Part shown: positions 22,561-27,408 of the stretch, one piece after another | How positions within the stretch are numbered: the first letter of the stretch is position 1 | Layout: every line of letters starts with the position of its first letter | Assembly (NCBI GenBank): GCA_016748015.1 | Contig: JAAOMT010000666.1 | Span: 1 to 27,408 of the forward strand | DNA length: 27,408 nucleotides | DNA from: Geosiphon pyriformis uo1 | Lineage: Eukaryota; Fungi; Glomeromycota | Reading direction: 5' to 3' | Made by a program: the position numbers and the translations under genes | The notes under the pieces: model-generated | The model's input: only the letters and a program-made list of their open reading frames with translations | Database searches by the model: none | Told to the model about the DNA's origin: nothing

Positions 22561-22562
<2 letters not shown>

Positions 22563-23299
22563 AAACTGTGTTATTGTATATTCAAATATTTTAATATAGT
22601 TTATAAGTGAATTATCTTCTGAGTTTTTAAAAAACTTTATTTTTTTAAAAATATCAGATTAAAAAGAGGTCAATTTTTCAACAACGCTGTTTACAAGTAT
22701 TGTTATTATTAAAACTAAATTTTAAATTTGTGTTTTTAATTTTAACAATTGAAAAATAAAACAAATTTCATTATAAATTTGACTAATTATATTATTAATT
22801 TGAAAATTATTTTTTCAATAAAAATAACACTAATTTTTGCATTTAAAGTTCATTAAAAATATTAAGTATTGATTTTTTAATAAGTTTAATTTTATTCGTA
22901 TCTAATGATTATGAAGTTTTTTTTTTAAATATTCTTTCTAATAACGAAAATGTAATAATTTAGTTAATTATTTTTTTTATTTTAAATCTCAATAAAATAT
23001 ATATTTATTATATTAATATAAAAATTACTCTGAATTAATGCTATATAAAAATATTATATTTGATTATATAAATATTTAATTAGAAACAGATTTATATTCA
23101 AATATCTCTTCTATTCTTATTTATTTCACCTATTAATATCGTTTTCGACATAAAAATTAGTATTATTATCTCTGACTCATTCCAAAGATTTATGAATACT
23201 ATTTTAATTTAAAAGGTTGAGCGATATTGAAATTAATTATTTTATTTAACCGGCTTACTCGTTGGAAAGATTAAATTTTATAAAATATTTTATATACCT

Positions 23300-23870
23300 T
23301 TAATTAATTTAGTTTCGGCGGATACCTAGTCAAAATATGGAGCTTACCCTTTAAAAAAAGCATTATACTTAAAAAGAATCCCTCTTTCAAAGTTCAGAGT
23401 AATTGATATTGCCGAGAATTAAAATATTTACTATCAAATATTTATTCTACTCTTTAGTATTATAAATTGAAAACAACACTTAGTATTACATATAGACTAA
23501 CTATGTTTCATTATAGTGGTGACTCGCACTTATAAAATTTATTATAATATAACCAATTAATTTAGATCTTAGGATTTAATTAACCCGCAAACTCAGAAAT
23601 ATAATAGAAGAATAAAATAATATTTAGAGCGATTCTATATAAATTTTAAAGGGAGAAAATTTGATATTATTTATAGTTTAGGTGTATTATTATAGGAATT
23701 GGCAACGCAAATACTTTCCTTTTACAATTATTCTCATAATGTTATTCTTATAATAGCTAGTCTCAATATTAAAAAACTCAAATAACCTCCCCATCTTGTA
23801 TTCCTAAGTTCATTGAAAAATGTTATAATCCCAATCTATTGTATAGTTCTCATACTAAGATGTATCATGA
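23300..23870 (+). pseudogene. Decayed protein kinase (TKL-like) relic
   Basis: Kinase subdomain remnants occur in the correct order: LKTTLSITYRLTMFH..GDSHL*N (catalytic-loop-like), D.G-like gatcttagga, K.DI/YSLGVLL*ELATQILSF (subdomain IX, with the Trp position now TAG at 23693-23695) and IEKCYNPN (subdomain XI). Multiple stops and frameshifts. Boundaries approximate. Confidence 0.7.
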
Positions 23871-25019
23871 AAAGCCTAAAACTGAAAGCTACAATTAAGT
23901 AATTAGAAAAACACAGCAAAATATTAAAACCGATGAAAGAATGAATATATCCAGATAGATTTTCCAGTAAAGTGAAATATAAAATGATTTATATATCCAC
24001 CTTTATTAATCAATTTCTTAAATTAATTGATTAATATCCTAAGCCTATTAATTTTTATTTTTATTTTCTAAAAAGTTTAAAAAATTATTTTAACTCAAAT
24101 TATATCTATAAATAAAAAGGTCTTATAATATTTGTTAACTGAATAATTTCTTTGATCATTAGTTAACCAAAAATGAAAATATATTCTAATTTGAATTTTT
24201 TATAACCGATTTTGCAATATTATTTATGCCTCTTATTCATTCTTTAAATTTTTCAAAATATAGCTATATTATGCTATTGATTCATAAATAAATTGTTTTT
24301 AACATTTGTTTTTTAATAATTAAGCATAATATTATTCATAATAAGCTTTGGCAAAAGATAAAAAAAACTATTGTGATTTTAAATACTGCTTATCAGTTTT
24401 TAAATAATTTATATTATAAAAAGTTTCAATTTGATTATTTTTCCAAATCAACTATTTTGATTTTATTAAATTCAAAACTTAATAAAATTAATAATACAAT
24501 AAATTGAATAAATGTTTTTGTTTAATTTTTTAATTTATAAAAAATTTTTTTAAATAATTATTTCTAAAAAAATTAATAATGGTAATTATGGGGAGTTTTT
24601 TAATTAAGCACTTTTGTTGTGACTTTCATTTTTTCGTTATTTGTTCTTTTTATTTATCATAAGTACTGTTATTCTGAGTTAACTTGTAATAATTTGAAAA
24701 TTTTACAGGTTGTTTATATATCTCATATGTTATACGAAATCTTATTTATTATTTTAAATTGAACTCTGCTAATTAGACTTGAAATTTTAAAAAATCTATC
24801 ACTCAAATACCTAAAAAATAATTTCATATTTAGCTAAACTATAAAATGATACAACCTTTTTCAGGGTGTTTACCAAAAGATATTAATAATTGGAAACTTT
24901 GCATAATTTATGTTTGAAAACAGTACAGCTTTAGAACTATAATTTTTAAATTATATATAGGAAATTATTTGCTTTTTAAAAATATCAAAAAGATTAAATT
25001 TCTTTATACTATACGTATT

Positions 25020-25910
25020 TCGAGCCTCATATTGGCTGACCAACAATGCACCTCTAGCATTAAAATCAACATCGATCTCTAAATTTCTATCTGTTTTCTT
25101 TTTTCTCTTCACTTTGCCTATTAATGTCTTCCCAATTTATTCTTTGCATTTAGATCAATTTTATCATCTTCTAAAAGCATTTTAATAATATGCAAATTTC
25201 CAGATATCACAGCATTTTGACAAAAGACTAATTGCAGAATTATCAGATGCTGTTAAAATAATGTCCAAATGTGCAGTATTGTAAAAAGGAAAATTAGGAT
25301 TTGAGAAATATTCTAGAAAAAAAAAGAACAGTATTAACATTATTATAAAGTGCATCAGTGTGTATTGGTAATAGGCCTAAATTACTTGGTGTGAATAAAG
25401 TTTTCAGTGAGAGTGATGTAAGGTATTTCACAAGAGATAAATGACCTTGAAATTATAAGTAATTATAACATAAAGATTAATAATTAATATTTTAGAAAGG
25501 CCAAAATTAAAATGTAATCTTCTTTAAAGTCAGCTGAATGCTATTCCAGTTATTTTTATTTTTTAGATTGGCTCTGGCTCCTGTTTGAACTAATTCTTTA
25601 TTGATGTTATTTCTCCTTTTCATTGTTAGAAATAAAAATGTCGAAATCAGAAATAAACATAATAGAAAATAGAGAAGCTCAAATGTATAAATATAATTAT
25701 CCTTACCTGAAATTATTAAAGGTCCATCCACCATGTTTCATACAATTTACATTTATATTCGAATGATAACATAAAAACTTGACACATTATAAATCATCAA
25801 TTCCTTTATGAAGTGGTTGCCTTTATTAAATTCCAATACAAAACATTAATCGCATGATAACGTGCTGCAAAATATACCAATGTATCACCATGTTGGTCTT
25901 TTTTAACAAT
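25020..25910 (-). pseudogene. Decayed ankyrin-repeat gene
   Basis: Minus-strand fragments, separated by stops and frameshifts: KDQHGDTLVYFAARYHAINVL; KELVQTGARANLKNKNNWNSIQL; QGHLSLVKYLTSLSLKTLFTPSNLGLLPIH; NAVISGNLHIIKMLLEDDKIDLNAKNKLGRH*. Boundaries approximate. Confidence 0.75.
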
Positions 25911-26512
25911 AAATATTAAATTATCTTTTTATTATTTTTTAATATTTCTTTAGCTGCTTTTTTATGGCAGTCTATGCTCATATTAGAAGGGATAGATGTA
26001 AAAATTTGATAAATTTTTGTGATATTATTAATTTGAATCAAGTATAATAAAGAAATTTTGCAAGGTATTTTAGATGTGAAGTTTGATTTTCATTCATTCT
26101 AAAGTAGAACTTTCAGATTATAATGCAAAATATGGTATGAGTAAAAGAGGCAAAAGGAGACTGTATAGTGTAGTTGGTAAATAATAAATTGGTGATAAGT
26201 TAGAGATGATCATGATAATCATGCAATGTGGGAGGTTTGTTTACTAAATTAGCGAGATTAAGACCAACCTCACAGTCATTGAATATATTTTGATAATAGG
26301 GGCTAAAATTTACTCGTATCAATCCCAAATCCTAAATCTCAGAGAACTTTGTATTAAAGAATTAAGCAACAAATTATAAAAATTGTGAAACGAGTAATTG
26401 AGGATGAGCTATAAAAATTAATTTAAATTTTTTTCTGAATTAAAAATTTTAAATATTACTGAAAGTGAATGATCTAGAAAGTCATTTTAGATAAACACAA
26501 AATATAAACACG

Positions 26513-27020
26513 CTCAAAGCTATGTTATTTTCTAAAATATATTAGAAAGATTATTCATTTTTTGACATTCCTTCTTTCTGTTTTAAAATTTTAAATTAGA
26601 AGCAAGATCTTATTGGTCCTAACCAGTAATACTCAAAGTTTCAGGTTAGAGGGAAGGTTTTTGACATAAAAATTAGTTAAGGCAAATTGTCTTAGGAAGG
26701 AAAGCGCGGCACTTAATATTCGATTAAACTCCCCACACAGGGTTCAAACCCTGTGTGGGGCAAATCAAATATAGATTATCTGTCCGGGAAGACATAAAAC
26801 TATCCGTCGATGGAAGATGACGCTAATTAACCCATCTGATAAGATGTAAATCTACCCATCTGATATGATGTAAATCTTCCATCCGAAATGATGTAAAACT
26901 ATGTTTTTTTTTCATCCAGTATGACGTAACCCTTCCGGAACGATGTGAAGACTATCTGGTGACATTAAATAAACCCATCTGAAATGATGTAAATCTATCT
27001 GTCAAAGGAAAATGACGTTA
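26513..27020. repeat. Interspersed repeat element, copy 2 (may extend left of 26513); direct repeat of 1-474
   Basis: Aligns with 1-474. It carries a perfect 12-bp-stem hairpin at 26731-26760 and a tandem array at 26780-27020 with one more unit than copy 1. Confidence 0.95.
26731..26760. other. Perfect GC-rich hairpin CCCCACACAGGG-TTCAAA-CCCTGTGTGGGG containing a Pol III B-box-like GGTTCAAACC
   Basis: 12 bp perfect inverted repeat with a 6 nt loop. The equivalent in copy 1 (219-248) has two differences in the left arm. Confidence 0.85.
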
Positions 27021-27408
27021 ATCACCATTTTCAATGATGATAATAATTATGACTCCTAAACATAATATAAAAGTATTTTTTTATGGCCTAGTGAAAATAA
27101 TATGTTTCGCAAATAAACTAGCTAAAGAATAAAAAAAGATAAAGAGGGTATTTAACTCAAATCCACGGCTTTGACAAAATTATTTAGCCAAATTTGCAAA
27201 ATATAGCTTTTTTACTCTTTTTGAATTCAAAATTTTATTAACTTTAAATTTATTGTTATTTTTGAATTAAATAAGTGAAGGTGACTTTTTTGTTTACTCA
27301 AGTAATTTTGAGTTGTAATACAGTTTCAATTAAAAAACATGAAAAATATTATAGATTCTAAAATATATCAGTAATCTTAACTTGTAAATCACAAATTTAA
27401 TCTAACAA

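Noticed and set aside
25507-25734. Standalone 75 aa membrane peptide
   Set aside because: Its C-terminal half is an ankyrin fragment, and the hydrophobic part is probably intron read-through in the pseudogene.
26478-26488. Terminal inverted repeat of the element (aaagtcatttt vs the reverse complement of the right end, aacgtcatttt)
   Set aside because: Only 10/11 nt in AT-rich DNA, and copy 1's left end is outside the window, so it cannot be confirmed.
26660-26765. Functional tRNA-Leu gene
   Set aside because: No acceptor stem or good A-box, and the anticodon and T arms are out of register. Kept only as a tRNA-like motif.
1-27020. LTR retrotransposon, Starship or circular-contig overlap
   Set aside because: No gag/pol or tyrosine recombinase, no TG..CA ends seen, and the interior is intron-rich host genes. 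The copies differ by substitutions and an extra unit and have different right flanks, so this is not an assembly overlap.

Overview
Eukaryotic, AT-rich, intron-containing DNA. The gene families (SEL1-repeat proteins, an intronless F-box/LRR-type gene, a decayed TKL-type kinase, decayed ankyrin repeats) and the short, mostly 65-90 nt GT-AG introns suggest an early-diverging fungus, probably Glomeromycota/Mucoromycota (inference). A compact core of seven apparently intact genes spans about 4.2-21.8 kb: an Asn/Thr/Ser-rich single-pass membrane protein, a UPF0658-like multipass membrane protein, two SEL1-repeat proteins, a Ulp1/SENP-family protease, an F-box protein and a ~23-exon Sac2/INPP5F-like phosphoinositide phosphatase. 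Very AT-rich flanks carry gene relics (kinase, ankyrin, possibly RING and LRR). The block is bracketed by two direct copies of a >=474 bp non-coding element (1-474 and 26513-27020). Each copy has a GC-rich hairpin containing a Pol III B-box-like motif and a variable ~24 bp tandem array. The most notable details are that element, a 5-nt micro-exon with a GC donor needed to rebuild the conserved GDFTRTGKR motif of the Sac phosphatase, and a Ulp1-like protease with Asn in place of the catalytic Asp plus an altered WLNDE motif. All gene models were spliced by eye and no database searches were run.
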